Origin: Candidatus Thermosaccharophagus tengchongensis
Lineage (GTDB): Bacteria; Armatimonadota; Fervidibacteria; Fervidibacterales; Thermosaccharophagaceae
Reading direction: 5' to 3' (one strand)
Assembly (NCBI GenBank): GCA_032161105.1
Contig: JAVHTD010000023.1
DNA: 31,003 bases
Below the pieces are notes generated by a model. That model was not told the origin of the DNA. It worked only from the letters and a program-made list of their open reading frames with translations, and did no database searches. Made by a program: the position numbers and the translations under genes. Every line of letters starts with the position of its first letter. Positions within the stretch are counted from its first letter, which is position 1. Below are positions 19,989-30,800 of the stretch, one piece after another.

Positions 19989-21086
19989 TCACTTGACGAT
20001 GGCTCTCTCAAGTTCCTCCGCCACCTCTTTCAACCTTTGTCTTATCGGCAAACCCGCTGGACATTTCTTCTCGCACTCACCACATTCAACGCATTCATTC
20101 GGCTTCACTTCAAGCGACATGAAAAGGTCAATCCCCATATGGCGCAGATTCTCGGGATAGCCATACCACATGTCATAGGCGAGGAAGACATCTGGTATGC
20201 GTATTCCCTGCGTGCATGGCAGGCAGTAACCGCACCTCAAGCACACCTGCCCATAGCGATAGCTCTTCCGCAACCTTCCTATCATCTCCATCAACTTGCG
20301 CCTTTCATCCTCGGTCATCGGTAGTGGCGCATCTCCAACCCATGCGTTCTCAATGACTTCCCTTGCGCATGTCATCCCAGGGATGACGGTGCTCACCATC
20401 TCGTTTGAGATGATGAAGCGCAGCGACTCAAACACGACCTCATCCTTTTGTGGAGGGTCATTCGGTGATGGATTGATTCTGCTGCGCAGCTGCCCACCTG
20501 AGAGCGGCTTCATGATGATGATGCCCATGTCGTGCTTATGCGCAAGCGGTATGATCTCCTTTCCGACGCCCTCTTGATCAAGCGGGCTGTAAGCGAGCAT
20601 GATCGTCTCAAAGCAGTTTGAAGTGATGGCTTGTTTCATCGTCTCAAGCGCCCTATGCATTGTCACACCTATGTGGCGCACCAACCCCTTTTCCTTTGCC
20701 CTCAGCAGCGCCTCATATGCGCCGCCCTTGGACATAACTTGGTCGTATGTCTCTTGGTCACTTACGCTATGCAGCTGGTATAGGTCAATGTAATCCGTCC
20801 CGAGTTCCTTTAAGCTTGTTTCAAGTTCACGCATTGCCTCGTTTGCCGTCCTCGCTGCCGTCTTGGTTGCAATGATGACGCTGTCACGGATGCCCTTAAT
20901 TGCCATGCCAATCTTTCTCTCGGAATCGCCGTAGCCGCGTGCTGTGTCAATGAAGTTAATGCCCAAGTCAACAGCTCGCCTTATTGCTTCAACTGCTGTT
21001 TCAGCGTCAACCTGCGGTAACTTTATTGCACCAAATCCTATTACGGAAACGCTCAGCTCCGTTTTCCCCAACCTCCTGTAACGCAT
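19989..21086 (-). CDS. Aldo/keto reductase with C-terminal 4Fe-4S dicluster domain
   Basis: YRRLGKT, GINFIDTARGYG.SE, IATK, DYIDLYQLH and MKPLSGG; CLRCGYCLPC and CVECGECEKKCP. Confidence 0.95.
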   Translation of the reverse strand: MRYRRLGKTELSVSVIGFGAIKLPQVDAETAVEAIRRAVDLGINFIDTARGYGDSERKIGMAIKGIRDSVIIATKTAARTANEAMRELETSLKELGTDYIDLYQLHSVSDQETYDQVMSKGGAYEALLRAKEKGLVRHIGVTMHRALETMKQAITSNCFETIMLAYSPLDQEGVGKEIIPLAHKHDMGIIIMKPLSGGQLRSRINPSPNDPPQKDEVVFESLRFIISNEMVSTVIPGMTCAREVIENAWVGDAPLPMTEDERRKLMEMIGRLRKSYRYGQVCLRCGYCLPCTQGIRIPDVFLAYDMWYGYPENLRHMGIDLFMSLEVKPNECVECGECEKKCPAGLPIRQRLKEVAEELERAIVK

Positions 21087-21142
21087 GATGGTTCACCCCC
21101 GCTCAAATAAATCATTGCAGCTACCATCCATAAACCAAATGA

Positions 21143-21237
21143 CGGGGGCGAATGGGAATCGAACCCACCCAGCGCTGCTCTCACAGCGCCGCACGGGATT
21201 TGAAGTCCCGGAGAGGCACCAGCCCCCAACCGCCCCC
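21143..21237 (-). tRNA. selC: tRNA-Sec (anticodon UCA); CCA not encoded
   Basis: 8-bp acceptor stem GGGGGCGG/TCGCCCCC plus discriminator G; 6-bp D stem with TGGT loop; CGGGA-CTTCAAA-TCCCG anticodon arm; 8-bp variable arm; 5-bp T stem with TTCGATT. This is the canonical bacterial 8/5 fold. Confidence 0.97.
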
Positions 21238-21261
21238 GTCCAAGCATTTTGCAGCAACTGC

Positions 21262-22827
21262 TCAACAGCTCTCATGCGTGGCTTTATGGTTTGGCTCAAT
21301 CACCTTGCCGCCATCGGATTGAAGTGAAACTGGCTGTGCTCCCTTAACCTTGCCCTCAAAGAGGAACTTTGTCAGGCGCAGCGATTTCGGTATCGGTATC
21401 GGATAGCGCCCATCAAAGCAGGCTGTGCAAAAGCATCTCTTGGGCAAGTCCACGGCTTTGATCAAGTTACTCAGGCTCAGGTAGCCCAAGCTGTCGGCGC
21501 CAACAAACTCTTTTATTTGCTCAATGTCCTTAACGCGTGCCGCAATTAACTCCTGGCGTGTCGGCGTATCTATGCCGTAGAAACATGGAAAGCGATACGG
21601 TGGCGAGCCAACCCTTAGGTGCACTTCCCTTGCGCCAACCTCCCTCAGCACTGATACGATGTTCCTTATCGTAGTGCCCCGAACTATTGAATCTTCAACA
21701 ACGACCACACGCTTTCCGGCGAGGACATCCCTTATCGGGGTTATCTTCAACCTCACACCCATCTCTCGCATCCTTTGGTCAGGCTGGATGAATGTCCTTT
21801 GGATGTAGCGGTTGTAAACGAAGCCCTCGGCGTAAGGTATTTTTGATACCTCAGCAAATCCAATTGCCGCCGGCACGCCGCTCAATGGGACTGGTATGAC
21901 TATATCGGCATCTGCCGGGTGCTCCTGTGCGAGCAAGTTGCCCATTCTCCTTCTCGTCATGTGAACTGTTCTTCCGAGAATGCAGCTGTCGGGGCGGGCG
22001 AGGTAAACGAACTCAAAAATGCAAAAAGCCTGTCTCGGTTCATTTCGGTAGCGCAACTCCTTTATCCCATTTTCGTCAACAACAACGAGCTCGCCTGGCT
22101 GTAAGTCGCGGACATATCTTGCGCCCACAATGTTGAACGCACACGATTCGGATGCCATGACATAGTGGCTTCCATTAAGGATGCCAAGGGATAAGGGTCT
22201 CACACCCCAAGGGTCTCTTGCAGCGAGCAATTTGTCCACCGTCATAATGATGAGTGAGAACGCCCCCCTCAATCTTGAGAGGGCGGTTACAACAGCCGAT
22301 TCAAAGTCAAGCTCCTCATAGCTCTCTATGAGCCTCACAATGACTTCGGTATCTGAAGTCGTTTCAAATGACAAGCCAATGCTCTCAAGTTCCTCTCGGA
22401 GCTCACAGGCGTTTACAATGTTGCCATTGTGAGCCAGTGCAAACTGCCTGCCTCGGTGCCTACCCTCAATAGGCTGAGCATTTGCTTCAATGCTTGCGCC
22501 GGTCGTTGAGTAGCGATTGTGACCGATGGCAATGTAACCCTTGAGCTTTGCGAGCACATCCTCTGTGAAGATTTGCGCCGCCAAGCCCATGCTCTTGTAT
22601 GTGAGCAGGCGCTCACCGTTTGATACGGTTATCCCGGCGCTCTCTTGCCCACGATGCTGAAGTGCAAACAAACCGAAGAAAGTTATGCGGGCGACATCTT
22701 CACCCGGCGCATAGATGCCAAATACGCCGCATTGCTCCGGAACAAATTCAAGGTGATCAATCATCTCGGCATCAATCGCTGCACCGCTTATGGCGAAGCC
22801 GCATTCACAGCTTCTGCCCCATTCCAT
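21262..22827 (-). CDS. purF: Amidophosphoribosyltransferase (Fe-S, propeptide type); alternative start 22764
   Basis: EQ|CGVFG, LQHRGQESAG, GHNRYST, AHNGN, CIFEFVY and VVEDSIVRGTT; Fe-S cysteines in PCFYG and CTAC. Confidence 0.98.
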   Translation of the reverse strand: MEWGRSCECGFAISGAAIDAEMIDHLEFVPEQCGVFGIYAPGEDVARITFFGLFALQHRGQESAGITVSNGERLLTYKSMGLAAQIFTEDVLAKLKGYIAIGHNRYSTTGASIEANAQPIEGRHRGRQFALAHNGNIVNACELREELESIGLSFETTSDTEVIVRLIESYEELDFESAVVTALSRLRGAFSLIIMTVDKLLAARDPWGVRPLSLGILNGSHYVMASESCAFNIVGARYVRDLQPGELVVVDENGIKELRYRNEPRQAFCIFEFVYLARPDSCILGRTVHMTRRRMGNLLAQEHPADADIVIPVPLSGVPAAIGFAEVSKIPYAEGFVYNRYIQRTFIQPDQRMREMGVRLKITPIRDVLAGKRVVVVEDSIVRGTTIRNIVSVLREVGAREVHLRVGSPPYRFPCFYGIDTPTRQELIAARVKDIEQIKEFVGADSLGYLSLSNLIKAVDLPKRCFCTACFDGRYPIPIPKSLRLTKFLFEGKVKGAQPVSLQSDGGKVIEPNHKATHESC

Positions 22828-22915
22828 TTTCGCTTCTCTCCCAACTCAGCATGTGCCATCAATGCGGAAGCTTTCCTCGCACAGTGGCTCACCATCACCT
22901 AAGTATGCCTCACAG

Positions 22916-22924
22916 TGCTATAAT
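22916..22924 (+). promoter_or_regulatory. Extended -10 promoter for ileS
   Basis: TG-C-TATAAT about 100 nt upstream of ileS; no good -35. Confidence 0.6.
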
Positions 22925-23021
22925 GCGATGAAGCTGAAGAGCAAAGGGCACACTAAAATGTGGCGGCAACGCTACGGCTACATCGCATCCACAAAACTCA
23001 AGCGAGAAGAGGAGTGATGAA

Positions 23022-25901
23022 GTGTTGAGTTCGCAAAGGCGCGACTACGAATGGACTTTGAACCTCCCGAGAACCTCATTCCCAATGAAGGCTGACTTAG
23101 CACGCCGTGAGCCGCTCATCCAGCGCTTTTGGCGCGAGCGCCAGATATACCGCAAGATGCTTGAGCGCAACAGCGGCGGCGAGCTGTTCATACTTCACGA
23201 TGGTCCGCCGTATTCAAATGGGGACATCCACATTGGGCACGCGCTTAACAAAGTCCTGAAGGACATCATCGTCAAATACAAGTCAATGCGCGGTTATCGC
23301 TCGCCGTTCGTGCCCGGTTGGGATAACCATGGGATGCCGATTGAGAAAGCAGTTGAAGAGCAGATGATAAAGGAAGGCAAGTGGGTGCGCGGGAAGACGA
23401 TACCGAGCGAGTTAAAAGCCGAATTGAGAAAGCGTTGCCGAGAGTATGCATTGCACTTTACCAAGGTTCAGAACGAGCAGTTTCAAAGGCTGGGTGTGTT
23501 TGGCGACTTTGACAACCCATACTTGACGATGAGTTATGAGTTTGAAGCGCGCGTCGTTGAGATATTCGGTGAGCTCTACCTTAACGGCTACATCTACCGT
23601 GACCTCAAGACCGTTCATTGGTGCAAGCACTGCGTGACGGCGCTCGCGGAGGCGGAGCTTGAGTATCATGAGAAGGAATCGCCCTCAATTTATGTCCGGT
23701 TCAAGCTGCTTGAAGACCCGAAGCGATTGTTTGATGGTTTGCCAATGGGCAAGTGCTATGCCGTCATCTGGACAACGACGCCGTGGACGATTCCGGGCAA
23801 CATGGCGATCGCCGTAAATGGCGAGTTCACATATGCCATTGCCGATGTGAAGGATGCAAGCGGTGACACTGTCTATTATCTCATCGCTGATGCGCTGCTT
23901 CCGGTTGTGGCGGATGCTTTGGGCTTTCAATCGTTTAAGGTCATTAAGGAGATTCAGGGTGAGGAGCTCAAAGGGACAACTTTTGCGCACCCACTTTATG
24001 GGCGTCCATCGCCAATCATACTCGGTGAACATGTCACACTTGAGCAGGGCACAGGGTTAGTCCACACAGCGCCCGGACACGGACCAGAAGACTTTGAAAT
24101 ATGCAGGCGAGAGGGGATTGAGATAATCAGCCCTGTTGATGAGCTTGGGCGCTTCACAGATGAGGCGGGTCAGAGGCTCTCTGGGATTGATGTTGAGGAA
24201 GGGAACGAACTTGTAACGGATTGGTTGAGCGAAGTTGGCGCATTGCTTAAGAGCGAGGTCATCACTCACTCATATCCACACTGTTGGCGTTGCAGAAAGC
24301 CAGTCATATTCCGAGCCACAATTCAGTGGTTCATGAGCGTTGAGCATAACGAGCACAGGAAGAGGTGTCTTGAGGAGATTGAAAAGGTCAAGTGGTTTCC
24401 GCCTGAGGGTTACAGGCGAATGAAGAGCACGCTTGAGGCGCGCCCGGATTGGTGCCTTTCAAGGCAAAGGGCATGGGGAGTCGGCATCCCGATCTTTTAC
24501 TGCCGAAACTGCAAAAGGGATATACTGACACCGCAGACGGTTAAGGCAGTTGCGGAGTTGATACGGAGGGAGGGTTCGGATGCGTGGTTCGTCAAACCGG
24601 CATCCGAGATATTGCCAAGCGGATTTAAGTGCCCAACATGCGGTTGTGAGGAGTTTGAGAAGGAGACGGACATACTTGATGTGTGGTTTGACTCAGGCTC
24701 AACTAATCGCGTTGTCCTTGAGGGGAGAAGCGAATTGCGCTTCCCTGCCGATGTTTACCTTGAGGGGAGTGACCAACATAGGGGTTGGTTCAATTCGTCA
24801 CTCATGATCTCGGTTGCGACGAAAGGCGCTGCACCGTATCGCACAGTTATAACTCATGGATTCGTTGTTGATGAGCAGGGGCGCGCAATGCACAAGTCGC
24901 TCGGGAATGTCATCTCGCCATTTGAGGTCATTGATAAGCACGGCGCTGATGTGCTCAGGCTCTGGGTTTGTTCATCAAGCTACTTTGAGGATGTGCGACT
25001 TGGCGAGGATATACTTGCGCGGCTCGTTGATGCATATCGGAGGTTGAGGAACACGCTTCGGTTTATGCTCAGCAACTTGTATGACTTCAACCCCGATGAA
25101 CACATGGTGCCCTACGAGAAACTCACCGAACTTGAGAAATACATCCTTCATCGCCTGCACAAACTGATCACCGGTGTGACAGAGCACTTTGAGAGGTTTG
25201 AGTTTTACCGAGCCTTCCAAGCACTCCAGCACTTCTGTGCATCCGAGCTATCCGCTTTCTACTTTGATGTGATCAAAGACAGGCTCTATGTGATGCCCAA
25301 GGATTCCCACCAGAGGCGCTCAGCTCAAACTGCGCTGTTTGAAATTGCCTCAGCGCTATGCAGGATTCTCTTCCCGATGATAAGCCACACTGCTGAAGAG
25401 GCATGGCAGCATTTACCGAGCTGGTATGGGAAAGAGGAGAGCATTGCGCTTGCATCTTGGGCAGCTGCGAAGTGGGAGTGGCTGGATGAACAGCTTGGCA
25501 ATCGGTATGAGCAATTGCTTCGTTTGAGGGATGATGTTCACAGGGCGCTTGAAATCGCAAAGAGGGATGGGATAGTCATCAATCCGCTTGAGGCGAGGGT
25601 GGACATCTACGCACCGGATGAGATGCTTAAGTTCTTGAGGTCATTTGAAGTCCCATTGACTGAACTCTTTATCGTCTCGCAAGTTGGGCTATATGAGCTA
25701 TCGTTGGCGCCAAAGGAAGCAATTTGCGGTGAGGAGTTTCCGGGCGTGCGGATTAAAGTGGCGATGGCGAGTGGAAATAAATGCGCAAGATGTTGGCAGC
25801 GCCAAGAGAGCGTGGGGAAGAATAAGACATACGACGACCTATGTGAGCGTTGCGCTTCAATAGTTGCCCAGCTTGAAGCCTCAAGTGCAATCCATGAATG
25901 A
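23022..25901 (+). CDS. ileS: Isoleucine--tRNA ligase, bacterial type 1
   Basis: LHDGPPY.NG.IHIGH, PGWD.HG.PIE, WTTTPWT, GTGLVHTAPGHG, EGSDQHRGWF, AMHKS at the KMSKS position, and C-terminal Zn site CARCW...LCERC. Confidence 0.98.
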   Translation: MLSSQRRDYEWTLNLPRTSFPMKADLARREPLIQRFWRERQIYRKMLERNSGGELFILHDGPPYSNGDIHIGHALNKVLKDIIVKYKSMRGYRSPFVPGWDNHGMPIEKAVEEQMIKEGKWVRGKTIPSELKAELRKRCREYALHFTKVQNEQFQRLGVFGDFDNPYLTMSYEFEARVVEIFGELYLNGYIYRDLKTVHWCKHCVTALAEAELEYHEKESPSIYVRFKLLEDPKRLFDGLPMGKCYAVIWTTTPWTIPGNMAIAVNGEFTYAIADVKDASGDTVYYLIADALLPVVADALGFQSFKVIKEIQGEELKGTTFAHPLYGRPSPIILGEHVTLEQGTGLVHTAPGHGPEDFEICRREGIEIISPVDELGRFTDEAGQRLSGIDVEEGNELVTDWLSEVGALLKSEVITHSYPHCWRCRKPVIFRATIQWFMSVEHNEHRKRCLEEIEKVKWFPPEGYRRMKSTLEARPDWCLSRQRAWGVGIPIFYCRNCKRDILTPQTVKAVAELIRREGSDAWFVKPASEILPSGFKCPTCGCEEFEKETDILDVWFDSGSTNRVVLEGRSELRFPADVYLEGSDQHRGWFNSSLMISVATKGAAPYRTVITHGFVVDEQGRAMHKSLGNVISPFEVIDKHGADVLRLWVCSSSYFEDVRLGEDILARLVDAYRRLRNTLRFMLSNLYDFNPDEHMVPYEKLTELEKYILHRLHKLITGVTEHFERFEFYRAFQALQHFCASELSAFYFDVIKDRLYVMPKDSHQRRSAQTALFEIASALCRILFPMISHTAEEAWQHLPSWYGKEESIALASWAAAKWEWLDEQLGNRYEQLLRLRDDVHRALEIAKRDGIVINPLEARVDIYAPDEMLKFLRSFEVPLTELFIVSQVGLYELSLAPKEAICGEEFPGVRIKVAMASGNKCARCWQRQESVGKNKTYDDLCERCASIVAQLEASSAIHE

Positions 25902-26015
25902 GGAAAGTGGGATTGGCATAATGGTTGGCGGCGTTCATGTCAGGTTGCCCCGGCTTTGAGAGTTGATAGGTTGCGGAAATTGGGAGTCACTCCGAATTCA
26001 CCCGAGGTGATGGCT

Positions 26016-27857
26016 ATGAAGCAGACAGCCCTTGCGCTCATAGCTGTTTTTGCCATGACTTTGAGCAATTCCGCCGCGCAATATGGTAGACCAAAGAAGA
26101 AACTCATTCAATACGGGTGGGGTGTTCCTTATACGGACTTTGTTCGGGAAAATGCGAATGAAATGGAGAAGAATTGCCCATTCTTTGATGGGATCGTTAT
26201 AAGGCTGAGAGGTGGATGGAAGGCATATCCAGCCCATATTTTCCGAAAATCAGCCGCGACTTTGGAAGAATATGGGGCTGATATGGCAAACCTAAAAGCG
26301 ACAAAATTTGAAAGATTTAGGGAAAATTTCGCCCTCGCATGGGGGACGGCTGAAAAGGGATGGGATTGGTTTGATGAGAACGATTGGCGTGCTGCCGAGC
26401 AAAATGCCAGGTTAATTGCGCATGTGGCAAAAGTTGGCGGTTTAATCGGAATATGCTTTGATCCGGAGCCATATGGTGAAAATCCATGGCATTACCCAAG
26501 TTTGCCAAACGCGAAAACTAAATCATTTTCTGACTACTATGCCAGAGTTCGTGAATGCGGGGCAAACTTTATGAGAGTCATCCAAGATGAGTTCCCAAAT
26601 TTGCGCATTTTGACCTTCTTTTGGGGGAGCATTTTGGGTGATTTGGTTGATGTAGAAGACCAAAAAGAAGTCATGACTCGTCTTTCAAAGCATGGCTATG
26701 GGCTGCTCCCGGCATTCTTAAACGGGATGTTGGATGCGGTAAGCGGAAAAACCATCATAATTGACGGTAATGAGCCGGCATATTACTACCGCTCGCCGGA
26801 GCAATATTTTCGTGCATATCATTTGATGCGCCAGAGGGCATTGTCAATCATATCGCCAGAAAATAGGGAAAAATACGCAATTCATGTTCAAGCCGGATTT
26901 GCCCTCTACATGGACTTTTATTTTGGGCTCGTCCCTTTTGAAGTGAAATGGGGCAGATTGAGCCATTACTTAACACCGCAGGAAAGAGCAAAGTGGTTTG
27001 AGCATAATGTCTATTGGGCACTTTATACAACGGATGAATATGTTTGGTGTTACAGTGAGAGGCTTGACTGGTGGGGGACACAGGAAAAGGCAAAATGGTT
27101 CAAATTTGTCCCAGAAGGTGCCCCTGAAGCGATCCGGTCAGCTCGCAGGAAGCTTGACGAGTCAAAACCACTTGGTTTTGATATTCGTGATATGCTGCAA
27201 GCAGCTGAACAAAAAATGAGAGAAAAGCAAGCTAAATCATTGATACGGCGTGAGGCGAGGGTTCAAAAGCTGCAGCCGGGCGAAGAACCGCCAAAAATTG
27301 ATGGAAGGATAGACGACATTATCTGGCAGAACTTAAAGCCGTTGGAGGAATTTGTCATGAATTTGGAGAGCGCAAAAACCAAACCGTCGGTCAAAACAGT
27401 AGCTTGGCTGACCTACGATGACCGTTACCTTTATGTCGCTTTCCAGTGTGAGGAATTATTCCCAGAAAAGATGAAAATAGTCGGAGAAAAGCTGGATGAT
27501 GAGATTTGGCTCGGTGATTGTGTGGAGTTGCTGATCAGCTTGGGAGACTCGCCAAAACCTTATCGCCATTTCATAGTGAACCCCAGAAATGTCAAATGGG
27601 ATGGTGCATCTGTTGATGGAGGTGATGACCCGTCATGGAATGCAGATTGGAAAAGCGCCACATTTATTGGGAAAAACGCATGGACATGCGAAATGGCAAT
27701 ACCTTGGGAGTCAGTCGGGAAAATGCCTAAAGTCGGGGAAAAGAGGCGAGTAAACCTATGTAGGCAGAGATGTGTTGACGGAGTTGAGTGGACTACTTGG
27801 TCGCAAGTCATTGACGGGTTTCTTGAGGCAGAAAACTTCGGAGTTATTTGGTTTTAA
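26016..27857 (+). CDS. Secreted putative glycoside hydrolase-like barrel protein with C-terminal CBM9-like sugar-binding domain
   Basis: Signal peptide from ATG 26016 (GAGGTG RBS); GICFDPEPY (DxE) and IIDGNE in the N-domain; CBM9-like PKIDGRIDD..W, YDDRYLYVAF, DCVELLI and WTCEMAIPW. Confidence 0.8.
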   Translation: MKQTALALIAVFAMTLSNSAAQYGRPKKKLIQYGWGVPYTDFVRENANEMEKNCPFFDGIVIRLRGGWKAYPAHIFRKSAATLEEYGADMANLKATKFERFRENFALAWGTAEKGWDWFDENDWRAAEQNARLIAHVAKVGGLIGICFDPEPYGENPWHYPSLPNAKTKSFSDYYARVRECGANFMRVIQDEFPNLRILTFFWGSILGDLVDVEDQKEVMTRLSKHGYGLLPAFLNGMLDAVSGKTIIIDGNEPAYYYRSPEQYFRAYHLMRQRALSIISPENREKYAIHVQAGFALYMDFYFGLVPFEVKWGRLSHYLTPQERAKWFEHNVYWALYTTDEYVWCYSERLDWWGTQEKAKWFKFVPEGAPEAIRSARRKLDESKPLGFDIRDMLQAAEQKMREKQAKSLIRREARVQKLQPGEEPPKIDGRIDDIIWQNLKPLEEFVMNLESAKTKPSVKTVAWLTYDDRYLYVAFQCEELFPEKMKIVGEKLDDEIWLGDCVELLISLGDSPKPYRHFIVNPRNVKWDGASVDGGDDPSWNADWKSATFIGKNAWTCEMAIPWESVGKMPKVGEKRRVNLCRQRCVDGVEWTTWSQVIDGFLEAENFGVIWF

Positions 27858-27882
27858 ACGCCAAAGTCGGGGGTGAAAAATT

Positions 27883-30800
27883 ATGAGATTTTGTGGGATA
27901 ATTTTGCCAATATTTGCGGCGCTACCCTTGGCTTTGCCACTCCAATCCAAACGAATTATCACAAATAACAAATTGATTTTGGAAAACAAAATGGCAAAAA
28001 TTTTGATTGATGAATCATTGAAAGTTGTGTCAATCATTGATAAAAAGCATCGGAAAGAGATTTGCGCCGATGCGAAGCCATTTATGGCGTTAAAGGCGGG
28101 AGGAAGGGAATTTCTCCCACTTTCATGGGTATTTTCTGGAAAAGGCGGCGAGTTGGGTGTTGAATTTGAAAAAGCGAGGATAAAGGTGAAGATTGAGGCA
28201 AAGGACCAGTATTTTGTCATAAAAATTTCCGATTTTGTCGGGGACGCCGATGAAATAACATTCGCCAACTTATCCGTAAAATCTTCAAAATATGTGAGCC
28301 ACATGGTTGGAATGGCAGCAGATGATGAATTCGGCATCTGCGTTCGTGCGCTGAACTTGCAAACGAATGTTGTCGTGAGGGGAAAGCCAGCCATAATCTC
28401 GGCAAATTGTTCCAAAAAATATGGGTTTGTTGGTGCCGGCATCGTATTGGTTGCAGCGCCAACGCAGCAAATCAGGGATGTGTTGAAGAAAGTTGTGAAA
28501 AATGAGGGCTTAATTCACTCGCAGCTTGGGGGTCCTTTTGCGCTTGATGCTAAGGAGAACAAGCTTTCGTATATATTCGCAACTGTCGGTGAACAAAATG
28601 TAGATGATTGGATTGCAATTGCTAAAATGTCTGGCATTGGTATCATTCATCTTATTGGTTGGGAGAGGTCTTTGGGGCATTATGAGCCAAGAAAAGACCT
28701 GTTTCCCAATGGTATGCTGGGGCTGAAAAAAGTTGTGGAAAAAATTCACAAAGCTGGCTTAAAAGCTGGATTGCATACGCTGACTGGCTGCATATCCCCT
28801 CATGACCCATATGTGACGCCTATCCCCGACAAAAGATTGGCAAAAAGGAGAACATTTACTCTTGCGAAAGAAATCAGCGAGAAAGACGATGTGATTTATG
28901 TTGAGGAACGACCGGAGGATATGGACACAATCTGGGCATATGCGAGTAAAGGAAATGTATTGCAAATTGGAGATGAACTTGTGCAATATTCCGGATATTC
29001 TCAGGAAATGCCTCATAGATTTTGGGGGTGCAAAAGAGGCGCTTTCGGGACGAAACCTTCACCACATCCATCCGGATCAAAAGTGCACTATCTTTATGCA
29101 TACTATGGCACTTTTTATCCAGAAGAGGATTCGGATCTTGTTGACGAAATTGCCCAAAGAATTGCCGATGTGGTGAATGAGTGTGAATTTGACATGATTT
29201 ATCAAGACGGTGCCGAAGGTATGCCCGGTGGATGGTATGGAATATCAAAAATGCGGAGAGAAATTGTCAAAAGATTCAAAAGACCGGTTAGGGTTGAAGC
29301 CAGTGAATGGGGCTATCATTCTTGGACATTTCATTCATGCATCGGAGCGTGGGATCACCCGTGTTGGGGCTTAAAACGCTTTGTGGATATACATTGCCAA
29401 GATTTGGAAAAATACGAGAAATTTCATCTTTTGCCAGGGCAACTTGGATGGTGGGTGATTCTTGGTCCGACCGAAAATTACGATGCAGAAACACCCGACG
29501 AAATGGAGTATCTTTGTTGTAAAGCCTTGGGCTACAATGTGCCCATCTCATTGCAAGGTGTAAGTGTGAGCAATCGTCCTTGGAATCTTCGTCAAGACGA
29601 ATACCTGATAATGTTAGGGCGCTATGAGAGGCTCCGCCTCGCCAATTACTTTTCGGAGGATGTGAAGGCTAAGTTAAGGGAATTTGGCAAAGAATTTAGG
29701 CTTGTTCAGGCTGAGGATGGTATGTGGGAGTTCTTGCCCACAAAGTATGTCACTCAAAAAGTCACAGATATGGCGGAAAGTGCCAAATTAGTCATAAATA
29801 ACCCATTTGATAAGCAATATGCCAAGTTTAGAATACAAGCACTCTACTCTGCAGCGCCGTATGATGCCCCCGAAAGCGTTGTGTTGACAGATTTCTCAGA
29901 AAATAGCGGATTTAAGGTAACTGGCACTGCAGAGGGGGTAACCTGTGAATTTAAGCCAATTCCGGAGCAATCAAAATTTGGCGGAGTATGTGGCTATATT
30001 TCCGCAAAAAATATTGGTGCCCCTCAAAATGGGGCATGGGTAAGAATAACAAGGGCATTTCTTCCACCGATTGACATGCGCAAATATGGAGCACTCGGAG
30101 TGTGGATTTATGGCGATGGTAAAGGGGAAGTGATCAATTTTCAACTTAGAGATATGCCACAATATTATCATGGCACTTATGATGACCATTATGTTGATGT
30201 GAATTTTGTTGGTTGGAAGTATTTTGAGCTGCTTTTGCGGGAAAGAGACGCAGAAAGGCATGTTGATTTTGTCTGGCCATACTTTGGAATTTATCAGATT
30301 TATCGTTCGCCGTTGGTTAAGCATGCGATTAACGAGTTAAACATTTATGTTAATAATGTGCCCCCAAACAGCTCCATAACTTGTTATATTTCTCCAATAA
30401 AGCTATTGCCAGTGAGAAAACTCAAATTTTCCGGTCCGAGTGTGTCAATTAATGGGGCGAAAATAGAGTTTCCAGCAATGATTGAAAGCGGGCAATACAT
30501 TGAGTTTGAATCAATGTCAAATTGCAGGCATTACAGAGAAAATGGGGAATTGATTGGTTACATCACGCCGCACGGCACGCTCCCCATGCTAAATCATGGC
30601 GAAAATATGGCTATTTTTTCCTGTAAGCCCGAAGGGAATGGGAAAGTGAGAGCAAAAATAACCTTCATTTGCACAAGTAAGCCAATAAGAGGTATGTCTT
30701 CAAAAAGAAACATCAATTGGGAAATATTGCGCATGGAGTATGACGATCCACGCATTATTTGCGCCTTGGATGGCAAGCAAAATGAATGGGATTTAATCTG

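Noticed and set aside
14187..21142. Island integrated at the 3' end of selC
   Set aside because: I found no duplicate of the tRNA 3' end by eye, there is no integrase, and the gene next to selC looks native.
22828..23021. T-box leader for ileS
   Set aside because: The leader is about 90 nt after the -10, with no AGGGTGGNACCGCG T-box motif or terminator.
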